Positions 10,866-23,907 of a stretch of DNA of 64,000 nucleotides are shown here, in pieces. Below the pieces are notes generated by a model. That model had not been told where the DNA came from. It worked only from the letters and a program-made list of their open reading frames with translations, and searched no databases. The stretch covers positions 25,606,001 to 25,670,000 of the forward strand of contig JAQFVV010000004.1 in the NCBI GenBank assembly GCA_028023455.1, written 5' to 3'. This DNA comes from Epiperipatus broadwayi. Lineage: Eukaryota > Animalia > Onychophora. Position 1 is the first letter of the stretch. Each line of letters opens with the position of its first letter. The position numbers and the translations under genes are program-made.

Positions 10866-13800
10866 AAAAATACATAAATTGTAAAGCTTCATAAGCTATG
10901 TAAAGATGGGAAATTTCTTGAGTAGCAGTAAAATATTCAAAATAGCTTCATACAAATACGGTCAAATTGTAGCAACACAGTATAAGAATAAATAATAAAT
11001 AAAATCTATTGTTTTGTGTTATTTGATATAAAGCTACTTTAAGTTTTAAGATTACATATATCACTAAGAAAAATCTGTATTTTTTGATATACCAATATTA
11101 ATACAAAAACATTTTAGGATTTACATTGGCACAAAGATTTCATTGGTAGAAAATATGAAATGGTATTTCATAGGTTACCTATGTCATCACTTTGACAAAC
11201 AAAAGACAATTCATGTGAAAAAGGATCACTAAGTTGATTACATTGATGGTTCATGCAGATATGTGTAGTATTTACCTAAAATTTCTTGTTAATACTTTAC
11301 CTCAGTCAAGAAAGTAGTAATGGATTCCAAAAAATAGTTTAAAGGTATCTTTATAGTGGCAATAAATATGTTAAATTTTAAAATCATCAATGAAAGAAAT
11401 GAAACCAAAATGAAACAAAATTACAACATACAGAGAGAAATTATTTTATAATTCTATAAGTAAATATGAGCTTTTTAAATATTAAGTAATTTTTAAAATG
11501 TCAATTTTTTAAAAAATAATTTAATATTCTGTATATTATTGTGGATTCTCTGCTAAATTTGTTTACTAATTTATTACATTTAAAAATAAGTTAGTTTCAT
11601 CAAAATTTATAAGATTACAAATATTGTCCATGTAAAGGCAAAAAAAGGATGAATATGGCTTACAGCATTCTCATATTCTTGCTTCTTAATTTTTCCATTG
11701 GTCTGCTCAATTTAAAAAGTAAAATAAACTGGTAAAAAATTTGCTAGATTTTTAAAGTTTTAAGAAGGTAATACATAACTTGATCTGATAAAAATTGTTT
11801 ATTTCTTTTAATTAATTTTTTTAATAGTTTTAACATTATATTTATTTTTTGGGATTTTGTTGTAGGATCCGTAATCCCATGTACATAAAGATGTTTTGTC
11901 TTTATTTTTTATCTGACTATATTATATTTATTAGTATTTATAACTTCTTTTTTTATCTTTTACATGATTAAGTGTGCAGTAAGATATTTCTACCATAACA
12001 TGTTCAATTCAAATTGGAAAGTTCTGAAAACATAATGATAAAATTTCTGTGAAAAAAAGCATTCAAATGTAACTTTAATTATAAATACACAAAATATTCA
12101 TGAAAACATGACAAATTATGAAAACAACTTATAAAAGGAATTATAAGATCAACATTATTTGTAAAAATATTTCACTTTTATTTTGTTTTTTGGAGAGTTT
12201 AAATAAGAGAAAATTTTAAAGTCATTCTTTTAATTATAATGAAAAATTAATTCTCCAGGATCTCATTGATAATTTGAGATTTATTTTTGGCAGTAATTTT
12301 TTACTATGATAATTATTGTTTATTAATTTATATAATAGTTATTTTTTATAGACTCTGCTAGATGTAGCTAAAATATTATTAAAAAAAACACTAATGTTTT
12401 GTAACTTTTTGAAAACTCCTATTCCATCCTCATTATTAAACTGATAAAAGATTAATCCATTCCATCTTTTCAAAATCTTTATCTTGCCTTAATATTCAAC
12501 ATTCATAGATATTTCTTATTAAGATCATCAATCAACTTTTTTCTTTTTGCCTACCTCTTTTAAAATATTTCCCAATATAACTTTCACAATTCTTCTATCT
12601 TAAAAAAATAGTCAATGTATTATATATCATAATTTATTTCCAAAAAAAACCTTTTCATTAGTTTGTTTTAAAAAAAAAGCTTGTTTAGAGCTAGTAGCTG
12701 GCTCTTTAGATATTACATATTGGTAATGCAAGCTATATAGGTCATGTGATATATGACTGATTTTTACTTTTAGTATTTCTATATTGTTAATCTTATATCT
12801 CAAATTTTCATTGTTTTTGTTTTTCAAAATACATAATCTAAATAGCTTCTAATCTCTGTAAAGCTACAAAACTTTTAACATAACTTCTTATTAAATCCAA
12901 TTTCTGTCCCTGTTTAGTCTCAGTGTAATTTATTTATTGTTAAGTTTATAATCTCTAAATCAAATTTTTAAATAGATAAAAGTTCTGTCTTCCTTTATTA
13001 CTTTTACCTGATGCTTACTTTCAGTCTTTTCTTTTCACTAGTTATTTTTCATCTTTCATCTTCATTCATTTTTATCCCAATCTCTCTATAAATTTATAAA
13101 TACTATATTACATTGTATTAGCTAATTTTCATTATATGAAACTCTATCTGAGAATCAGAAAATCTAACACAACAAAACTTCTAATATTTTTCTAATTTTA
13201 TCTATATCTAAACAAAATATATGAATTAAAAGAGACAAGATTAACATCATCCTTGCTTTACTTCTTTTGTTATATCTATTATTTCTGCATTAAAATAATA
13301 TAATACTACTAATATCTTTCAATTGATATACATTTTTAAAAATAACATATCTTTTTTTATTTATATATTTTTGAAAACAAATATTTGGAAAATCCCTTTG
13401 TTTTTGCATATGTCTTTCATCTTATTTATGACTACTCCAATTATTTTTCTTTCTACTGAAATTTCTTTAAATAGGAACATTTAATGCAATAAAAATATTT
13501 TACTTTTAATTCTTAGAAGACCTTAGTTATATATAACATTAAAATAAATAAGTAATTGAATGATTTTCTAGCTTAAGAGCTCACAAGTTTGAGTGCCAGA
13601 GGAATATCAGAACTGGAATTGATTTGAAGCTCTGACACAACATGAAACCCCATCCTAAACTTTTTGTTTTCCTTTTGTGGAATTACTATACTGAAAGCAA
13701 ATCTCTTGGTTATTGCTATGAGACATAAATGTACATTACAAATATAAATTAATTTTTATCTCATTGTTTATGTTTTTTAATAATTTATTATTATTAAATT

Positions 13801-14019
13801 CAGTTTTTATTTAATTCTTAAAACTCTGCTTTTCTTGTCCAAACAAATTTATTTCTCTTATTTTTATCATATCTTTTAAATTTACCTAAATATTTGTATG
13901 TTTTATTTGAAATAATTTTAACAGTTTAAAGAGTTTCTTATCCAACTAATGCAAATTTTTTCTCTAATAAAATTCTTTAATTCATCAAAAGATTAGTTTT
14001 ATTATAATATTACTTATGT

Positions 14020-14301
14020 AAACAAGACATTTATTTTATATAGTGTGATGTTTTTTTAAACTGTAATACCAATAAGCTAATGCACATGCGCTTTCTAGTT
14101 GTCACTATATAAATGAATATTCCCACTTTTTCAAACACTTAAGATTTGCCCATACATATACATTTGGGTCAAAAAGATAGATGGATTCATTCTATCTTTT
14201 CCCAAAGACTTTATCTTGTGTTTGAAAAAGTGGGAGTATTCATTTATATAGTGACAACTAGAAAGTGCATGTGCATTAGCTTATTGGCTTATTGGTATTA
14301 C
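14020..14301. mobile_element. Unclassified fold-back element, copy 1, flanked by a 14-bp direct repeat
   Basis: Arms ~14062-14139 and ~14218-14301; inner hairpin 14163-14206; aatattacttatgt at 14006-14019 and 14302-14315; second copy at 39263-39613. Confidence 0.8.
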
Positions 14302-15573
14302 AATATTACTTATGTTATTTTTTTTAAAAAAAATCTAAATTCTACTATCAATTTAAATATGGATAATCAATATAGGCTAATGCATACTGACAGTAAGATT
14401 CCTACATATTTTCTGGCCAAAAAGCTTCATTAACAAAGAGAATTATTTTGTATATCTTAATAATAAATAGATTTGATTACAGTTCATGTTGTAACTCAAA
14501 AACAAAAATGCTAAAATGAACTGTATAGAAATTATGACAAGTGATGGCACTACCTTGTAATTATTGGATGTATTTCACAGGTAGTATGTTTTCATTTTCT
14601 ATTTATTTACTTTAAAATGCATGTGTTTGGTTTATAATACATAAAAATAAAGATTAACCAAAAAGAAAATTTTAATTATCTTGAAAACAAAATTTAAATG
14701 TAATATATTTTTAATACTAAATTTTGGTTTATTTAAATTCATGGTATGTTTTGTATGTTTTCTTTACATTAAAAACAATAGATTTTAATTATAAGTATTC
14801 ATGAGTTATCTTTATAACTACACATATATATTTTAAATTTGATGACATATTTTCTGTATTTAAATTAACAAGTTTATATTCATGATAAGAAAACAATAAA
14901 CAAAACATACATTCTTAATCCAATTTTAAAACATATATTTTAGTTTTTATTTGGAAGTATTTATGCAAGCATAATATATTTTCTTTTTAGTTTTATTAGT
15001 GTATTGTTCACAACATCTGTTAGATACATATATAAATTATGCAACATATGAAATAAATAAAATAATAATTAATTCCTAATCAAATAGCTTAACAAAGAAT
15101 ATTTCATTTGCTTTTTAATTTATATTTTCTTTATTTCTTTATTATGGTTATTATATTAATAAATTTTATTTATTTATTAATTAAAATAGGATTTCATGAC
15201 TATTCATTGTCAACTTATTATATTATACTTTAATATTACCTTCACAAGTCTCTACATATTTTGTTTTATATCTTAAAATATTAGCTATCCAAAATATTGA
15301 TAAAACAATTTACATATTTTAATAATTTATTGCATAATTTTAACATTTCAGCAGTTAAATTTTGTTATTACAATGAATAAATAATTAATCAAGGTTAAGC
15401 TAAGGTTTTATTAGTTACTATTTGATTAAGATAATATATTTATTTTATTTTTCAATACAGATTGGCATTCAGTAATACTGTTACTTTGAAAATTTATATT
15501 TATTTGATTCTTCATTTATAGATAATTTATGCTAGTACAGTTTGGGATCTGAATACATGATATATATATATAT

Positions 15574-17590
15574 TGTAACGATATATAAATATATCGTTAC
15601 ATTAATTTAAAATAAAAACTTAAAAGTTCGCAAATAAAAGTAAAAAACTAAACGCTAAAATTAAAATGTTTGTTAAATGTATATACATTCGCACAGAGGC
15701 CAAACTTTAAAAATATTTTTTTTTAAAAAAACAAATAAGTATTTGAACGTACTTTTTTTATAAAAAAGTACAAGATTTAAAAATAAAAACAGGTATTAAT
15801 TAATGTAATCTGTAAATGGAAATGATTGTTTATAAATTGTTTGAAAAGCAAGCTAGCTTTGGGCTCTTGTATAATTAAAATGATCTGATGAAAGATAGAT
15901 AAGAAAATAAAAAGAAATTAGCTTGACCAATGGAAGCACCAAGCCTCAGCCCGGACCCGAATGAAAATTTGGATTAGTGATGTCTTTGTTCATTCAATCT
16001 GGAGATTTACTATAAAAAGAGAAATATTGAGTTCCAGCGTGGTGTGTTTGAGAGTTGTGGTAGGACGCACATACCACACTCTCTAGTTAAAAAAATTATA
16101 AAATGAAAAGACTGTGATACAAGAATGGAACCAGCTAATGCTACCTCCAGAACATTATCTTCCAATGGAGACGTTGTGGGAATTAAATACAGGAACCTGG
16201 ACTCTTCTACCGTAAGCTATATTGACATGAACTCTAAATTTAAAAATAACTAAGAACTTTCGTTCAAGCTTATGAACTTCCATCTGACTTTTTTAAGTTT
16301 AAAATCAAATTAATAATGTTTAATTTTATATGTTTTCCGATTGATAAAAATCATTTCCATTTTTTTTTCTTATTGTATAAAGTGTTTATTGTTTAAATTT
16401 TAAATGATGAAATTTAGGTTGGGTATAGACATTGCATAGATTCTTTAGCAGTTGATTATGTTGTGGTTTTCACATTCGATTAGAATATATGGGTCAACAA
16501 TATCACTGCAGCATCTTACGATGAATGCTAATGGGATTTGTTTATTCCCTATGCAAGTGACGTTTATCGATGACTTTGTATTTTGATCGGTTGTGTTTAA
16601 TTTGGAATGTTTTTGACCATGGAATCTGTGCAGCTGATCTATACTCAACATTTTTAAAACAAATTTTATAAAATTCATTTGTGCGAACGTATCTAAATGT
16701 TAAATTTAAGTCGGGCGTGAATGGCTATATAGTTTGTAAAGTTATATTAAGGGAGGGTAATCTTAGGTTATTCGTTTCGTAATTGAATTGGCTCAATGGA
16801 TTGGATATATTTGTGTAATTAGTAGATGTAGTATGAGATCCGCTTCGGTCAGGATTGCATATATACACCACACACCTTCTGTTTGCCTATGGATGGGTTT
16901 GTAAGTCGGCAGAAGACGGCAGTCCATTCCTATGGAGTTTTTTATTTATTGTTCTACTTGCCAACAGATGTAACATTCCTGTTGGTGGAGAGTCAATGTC
17001 TTCTCTAATTCTACTTACTGTTCAGATGTACATTCCTGACAGTATAGTATTTTGTGTTGTCGTATCATGCTACATTGAATACTGGAATGTATCATATGGA
17101 TTGGCACCAGTTTGGTTGTGAAATTTGTTGCCTAGAGTTAAATCAGGGAAGAATATTTTCTTTTCAAATGCAGATCTATGTAGTCTATTCATACTTGACT
17201 ATCTAAATAAAATATTAAACTCATTGAAACTTAGTTAAATGTAAAATTAAAAGTTAATATAAAAATCTAAAATGTTAAACTTATTTCTCAAAATTTAAAT
17301 GTTATTTTATATGTGCGTAAATAAATATTTTTATGTATTAATTTCTGGCAGTGGCTTTTATTTATTGATGTTTAAGATATAAATTAAGATATAGATTTTT
17401 ATCTCTGCGTCTCTGCTGAGCTAGTGACTTGGGCTAACGATCGGAATATTTAAATAAAGTGGAATCTTAACAGCGCATATCTGCCTACTCTATAAATTTT
17501 TCTAGGTTTAAATGCCTAGATGGCGCCTTGTAGAGCAGATATCGTAGTTTGCGGTTAGATTCGATCTTCACTTTCATTTCGATCGTTATA
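15574..17590. mobile_element. LTR-like insert (solo LTR or non-autonomous element) in a (TA)n tract
   Basis: Starts TGTAACGAT and ends ATCGTTATA (inverted termini, TG...CA-like); ATAT on both flanks; CpG retained relative to the background; TATA-like ctataaaaag near 16010; no recognisable ORF. Confidence 0.5.
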
Positions 17591-17854
17591 ATATATATAT
17601 ATGATTATTTCATACTAGTACAATTTAGCATCCCAAATGTATCCTGAGAAAATCATTTATTTGTTTTCTATATTATTATATTGTTACAAGTGAGGCATCT
17701 GATAATTCATTGATTTATTTATTATATTCATATTGTAACCCAATGTTTATGCTGCAATCAGGTAGAAACAAAAGACAATCAGTTGAGATTGAGTGTGTTT
17801 ATGTGTGGAGTGTTTTATGATTGGTTGCATACTTACAAAAGTAAAATAAAATGA

Positions 17855-17918
17855 TTTTTTCTAAAGACATTCAATACATATATTTGATGATGGAAATAGT
17901 CCCATATAAAAATACAAT
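17855..17918 (+). repeat. Family E repeat (pLTR-like with decayed HHR-like core), orphan copy
   Basis: ttttctaaagacattcaatacatatatttgatgatggaaatagtcc matches 30826-30914 (-) and 32292-32372 (+). Confidence 0.7.
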
Positions 17919-19020
17919 TAAAGTGAATAGTTGCTTTATTTCTGCATAAAATAAATGTTAATACTATTCCAGAATCTAATAATACATAAAATTTAAGACA
18001 TGTGTCTTTCTTAAGGTATTTTTGTAGATGTATGATAATAATCTTACTATATTCTTAAACACACATTTTCTGATGTGATATATATATATATATTGTGTAA
18101 AGAACTACTTTAATCTAAATCAATATGTATTTTAAATAAGGCTAACAATTTAATTCTTTTTCATGTCCAACTTAAATATAATATTTAACAAATTGTTTAT
18201 CTCAGCATTATTAAGTCAATCTTAATCATTTAAATAAAGGAATTAAAAATGTATTGATGTAAAATTTATTTATTAATGCTAAGTAAGATAAATGTAAAAG
18301 GGAATTTTATTGTATATCACTTTATCCTACTAATTTGTATTTCTGATAGTAAAATTTAAATAAATTTTATGTGCATAAAATTAAAATAAATTTTATATAA
18401 TTTAGTAACTTACAAATATGACTTTTTATTTCATAAGAATGCAAAAACAATGACCAACAGACTTATTTAATATAACAATTGCTTTATTACAAAATAACAA
18501 GAATATAAACAAAAATAATAACAGTTATTACCGAACAATAATCAAGCATAATTTATTACTAAAATTCTATAACAATAATCAATAAATATCAATGTTTGTT
18601 CTCCAAGAATAATCTAAGCTTGAGTTATGTCTATGTGTAATTCAAAAGGATTGCAAAGACATTAGATCTCTATTGGCGAGGGTTGAATAATATTAAAACA
18701 AATGCTAATTTTACATACTAGAAAATAATAATGTTTTATCATTTCCTTAATTATTTTAGTAACCATAATCAATAAATTATCAGCCTCATTTTATAATATT
18801 GGCTACTTTTTTTACTCTTTTAAAGTAAGTACAATTATTTATTTAGCACTCCTAAATGATATACAAACCATAGCTTTATTTATTATATATTTCTATCCTT
18901 TACTAGAATAACTTATTATGCTTCTATATTAAAGATTTTTTTTAGAACCATTATCATCGTTATTAATAAAAAATTGATAACAATAAATTTCTTTTCTCTT
19001 TAAAAATATGGTTTCAAATG

Positions 19021-19404
19021 ATCTTTCATACACTAAATATCCAATAGAATTACTTTCTTCCTTTTTCTTTTTAAAAACTTATTTATTTACACAAATCCAT
19101 ATATACTCCAATACATTATGCACATTTCCAATATTTCAACTAACTCATTGTAGTTATTATCAAGGATCTACAAATATACATATTCATAAAGAAATGTTAT
19201 TACATTATGAGTTTAATATATATATATAACAATAATGTATATATCTATATTTGTAGATCTATGATAATGATTACAAAAAAGTAATTGAAACATTGTAAAC
19301 ATATGCTTAATATATTGGAATATATATGAGTTCATGTAAATAAATAAAGATTTTTTAAAGAAAAGAAAAAAGTAATTCTATTGGATTTTTTATATATGAA
19401 AGAT
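19021..19404. mobile_element. Old fold-back cassette with an HHR in each arm
   Basis: Arms ~19021-19184 and ~19240-19404 are diverged reverse complements (atctttcat.../...atgaaagat; ccaatagaattact/agtaattctattgg; gatctacaaatata/tatatttgtagatc). Confidence 0.75.
19128..19165 (-). ncRNA. Minimal hammerhead ribozyme variant, U3-A8 core
   Basis: Reverse complement CC-UUGAUAA-U-AACUA(CAAUGAGU)UAGUU-GAAA-UA-UU-GG; palindromic AAUAUU stem III; decayed partner at 19259-19296 (+). Confidence 0.65.
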
Positions 19405-22400
19405 TATTCAAAGGCTTAATAATTAGTTAGGAATATATCTCTATTAATAAATACAATATTTTATTAATTCTTTATTGCAAAGTGTAGCATTTTAAAATTA
19501 ATTTAAAAATAACATAGACAGTATGCATATAAATATTTCTTAATGATTTAATTATCTACTTAAGAATAATTAGCTTTCAATGGATCTGAGACTGAATTTA
19601 AGAATTGATAAACATATTATAAATTATATGTAAATGGGTTGACATATATTTAAAAGTTAATTTAACCAAATACAATCTGACTTCAATATGAAATGTAAAT
19701 CACTATATTGCACCATATCCAATATCATAAATAAAATATATAACCTGTACCTTTTTATCTCAGCATTATCTTGAGAACTTTATTATTTATTTATTACACT
19801 AATAATAACTATAACTAAATAATTAGACAATTATAACAAAGTTTATTTAAAGTAATCCATCAATTCATAATTCTACTTCCTACTTAATGAATGGTTGAGA
19901 ATTATACTGTGAAAATATTTATACTTTGCTGAATATTCCAATGTTTTAAAAATTCAGTAGCAATATTTTAATAAAAGCTTTAGATATTAAATTATAGGGA
20001 CAGAGCAATTCCTTTTGAAGGTTTAATCTTTAATGGCAATTTGATGTTTTGGTAAAAATTCATTAAGTACATTTGGTAATCCATTTCTGGTTGTATAGTT
20101 AGCACACTAATCCATTTTAGAATGTCAGCTGATCACTTTGACATTTGTCATATTTTCATATTGTGGCATTTATAAATCTAAGTCCATTCTTAAATCACTA
20201 ACATTGAAATGTATGTTTTTTAAATACAAAAAGAGAGGGCAGTTTAATCCATTTGAGAACACTTGCAGATTTATATCCACATCATTGGTGTTTATTATAT
20301 ATTTTAATAGAAGTACATTAGTAATACTTTGGTTTACATACCCTTAATTTATTTGCTATATAGTTCAGATCATTTTAATACTTAAGACATAGCAAATAAA
20401 TTATTATCCATAAACAAATGAATTTCACTGATTTTCATTAATTATCAAGTATTTTCTCCAAAAGCTGCAACATTTATATGACTGTAAATGTGGATTTAGA
20501 CTTATTAATTAAAGTTTTATCTTTCACTAATCCATCCACTGTTTTCAACAAGTTATTTTACAATTATCTTGATGCAAGAGACAAGTGATTTGCTTGATGC
20601 TATCATAAACATCCCATAAGCAATTTGCAAAGTTTTCTTTAATAATTGAAAGCAATAAATTAGATTTTCATGAAAATAGTATTTAGTAATATTCCCTGTT
20701 GTTTATCCATTTCAGTTCGAGGAGAAGAAAACATTTTGCCAATTAGGCAAAATGCCTAGAATGAATTGGTCTACTTGATTGTTCTGAAGATGATGCTATA
20801 AAAAATGGCTATTTTTAATTTTTAATTTGACTGGATCTTTGATGCACTGTAATTTTGCAAAGATTGACTTAATTTTTCCAATCACTCCTATTTATAGTTT
20901 CTGGTCAGCTAGTTATCTTAATTGGTCATGATTTCCCAAAATGCTTTTCTGATTTTATTTTTTTCTGAGAAAATTTAAAAACTGTTATGATGATACGGAG
21001 AAAGTAAATGAGAAAAATTGTCTGAATTTATTCTGTGGGTAAAATTTTCCAGTCATTCAGCAAATCAACAAAAGAAAAATATATATTAAATTTTTAATAA
21101 TTTTTACAACCATTTATTTTATGAATAAATAACTTATAAAATCCCCTTAAAGTTTTCATATATTTCATTTTTTATTAAATTAATTTAAAATACCTTCTAA
21201 TTAAATTGCATTATTTAATAAATAACTAAATTAACAATTTTACAAATTTTAAAATTAACAAAGTCCAAACATAAATTTTCACGCATGCACACATATATTT
21301 TATATAAACTGTTAGCTCTTTTGTTTTAACTAAATATAATCTTAATTGCAATTGTTATAATATATTTCCTATAGAATATTCTATTTTATGTTTAATTTAT
21401 TGTTCTATTATGTTTATCCTTCTAAAATATTTATTTTATGTGTGTGTATATCTTTCTATTTGTACATAAAATTCAATTACACTTTTCAAAAAAAAAATAC
21501 AGACGCACATATTTTATATATGCATTGCTTAACAAAATCTGTTCAGAGACTTTTGAATTTAATTTTGACTATATTGTTTGCTATCTGACCAATAATAGTG
21601 TCAAATTTATTTTGCTTAACCAAAAAATAAAATCAGTAATTTTTTTTTTTTTTTGTAGTTTTTAGTTATATTAGTCAAATATGATAGTAAATATAATACA
21701 ATATACATATAACTTTTTCTGTTGCAATTAAATACCTAACTTTATGAGCCATTTGGTTCGATTTATTATTTATTTTATATATATTTTTATTTTTTTACTT
21801 ATACATATATATATAATCCTTAGCCACAAAATATTGTTTTTTTAAAATCAAATATTGCCATTTGAAATTTAATTAAATTTTTATAAAGGGTGTAAATAAA
21901 TATAGTATTAGTATTACTATATATTTGTTTTATTTAATTAATTAATTACTTATATAGATAATAATAAGGAAATTGCAAACTAGAGTATAGGTAAATTAAA
22001 ACACATGGATTTTTGATACACTAAACATAAAATAGCATATTTTATTACACTATTCATTGATCAACTTTGCATAGTGTGTGCTTAATGATATATTATTGAC
22101 TTAAAAGCAGTATAACATTACCATTTTAAAATATCACTTTGAAATATTTTTTCATAAAACAGATAATTATTTTAGCATGGCTAGCAAATATTGAAAATCC
22201 CTAGTAAACTTACCAAAATTGTTGAGCTGACATGTATGTGTGAGAAGATTTATCTGTTTTTGTATGTCGGATGATAGTTGATAATAATCTTAAAGGCTTA
22301 TATATTCAATAGAATTTGATAAAATTTGTGTAGATTTTTAAAATCACATTTATGTGTACATTTGGCATAAGTAATTTCTATTGTATTTTAAAACTTAACA

Positions 22401-22481
22401 TTAAATTTAAATCCCAAGATGCAATTAATGCTAAACAAACTAGTTTTCCGATGAGTGATAAGGAGTCCATATTTATAGTTT

Positions 22482-22523
22482 TTGCCTTGATAATGACATG
22501 TTAGTGTTGAAAGCGCTTGGCAA
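22482..22523 (+). ncRNA. Minimal hammerhead ribozyme variant, U3-A8 core, no partner arm seen
   Basis: UUGCC-UUGAUAA-U-GACA(UGUUAG)UGUU-GAAA-GCGC-UU-GGCAA: 5-bp stem I, 4-bp stem II, palindromic AAGCGCUU. Confidence 0.7.
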
Positions 22524-23019
22524 TTATTTTGTTGTATATTTTAATATGTTATCTTTGCTAAGTAACAACAGACGTATTGGTTTTTATTAATTTTAACATT
22601 AAATTTATAAAAAAAATTGTTTTTGATAAATAAAAAAAAGGTAACTTTTCTATTTGAGATAATACTCTATATTTGACAGAAAACAACTAATTAAAAAAAA
22701 CAAAAACAAATTAAACCTTGTTTATTTTTTTCATAATTTAGGTGTGTGTTTGAATTTATGGTTAGAAAATATATTTCATTAATTTTCATTTTGCAATATA
22801 TTTATTTTAATCAAATACCAAAATTAAAATAATTTAATTATGTTTGAATAACTGAAAATTATTCAAAGCAATTTCGAATAAGCTAAGATTAATTACATAT
22901 GTGGTTTTTTTTATCAAAAAATAGCAAAATTTCATTTTGAACCATATATTAATTTAAAATTTTTTTTTTTATTTAAATACAATTAAGTTTGAATTTTATA
23001 ATTTATTTCGCATTTTTAG

Positions 23020-23907
23020 TAAGTTGTCATCAATTAGCCACCAAACACCACATGATGTCACTGATTAGCCATGCAAAAGGCACAGAAATATACTGCTCAT
23101 GCGGCCTATAAGAGCAGTTCAGTTCATATTGTACTATCACACAATTCACAAATTGCTACAGTTTGATGTGAGGGTATGTAGAATTCAAGTTGTCATAAGT
23201 GTTTGCATGTGCATTAGAAGTACTTATTTTTTATATGACCGGATGTAGTTTTAGATAGTATTAATTGTAAGACAAAAGACGTGCTTCCAAACACATATTT
23301 TTAAGGTTAAATGAATTTCAAAAGTATACATTTCAGTCATTATATAGATATCACGGGTAAAATGTATTTTGCACAGGGACAGCTATGAGACTTTCAAATC
23401 ATAAGAAGCCTGGCTTGATCAGAGAGCAATTTTCAAATTGAATTGTGTTTCGTAAATTGTTTTAAAATAGTGTTGAAAATTTTTTTTGATTAGACGTTAA
23501 TTGAAAAAAGGAAATATTAGATTTTATTAAATAATTTTGTTTTTAAAAATGTTGTGTGTGTTGTAATGGCTGATCCTTCAGATTGTCAAAGACTTCGGAT
23601 CCCCCTTCCTAAAAATTCCAGTGCTATGTGCTGACATGTAGTAGTGTAAAAAAAGTCAATTGTAAATCAGCCTGATAATGCGCTGAGATGGATAATGTCT
23701 TAAAAATTGTCTCGCATGTGACGGGCGATCCTTCGGATCAGCAGAGACATTGGATCCCTCTCCCTGCGAATTCCAGCACTACGCACTGACATGTAGTAGT
23801 GTAAAAAAAGTAAATTGTAAATCAGCCCGGTAACATTATATCTATTGTTTTTTGACCAGCAACAGTGGCATCAGGTGATGTTTGGTGGCTAATTGACAAT
23901 AACTGTA
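23020..23907. mobile_element. MITE / non-autonomous DNA transposon with ~34-bp terminal inverted repeats and an internal tandem duplication
   Basis: tcaattagccaccaaacaccacatgatgtcactg (23030-23063) versus cagtggcatcaggtgatgtttggtggctaattga (23863-23896); two ~110-bp internal units near 23570 and 23726; CpG retained. Confidence 0.7.

Noticed and set aside
12400-13450. Minus-strand A-rich tract as an RTE-like LINE relic
   Set aside because: Strand bias is suggestive but no unambiguous catalytic motif can be read.
14230-14280. UAG(UGACAA)CUA-GAAA-GUGCAU in the 14 kb/39 kb fold-back arms as a hammerhead
   Set aside because: All four arms lack a UGA core, stem III is not palindromic and position 17 would be G.
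15884-15915. CUGAUGA motif followed by GAAA
   Set aside because: No stem II between the two motifs.
19900-20800. Possible second hAT relic on the minus strand
   Set aside because: Only loose resemblances such as FCLIGKMF; no diagnostic motif readable.
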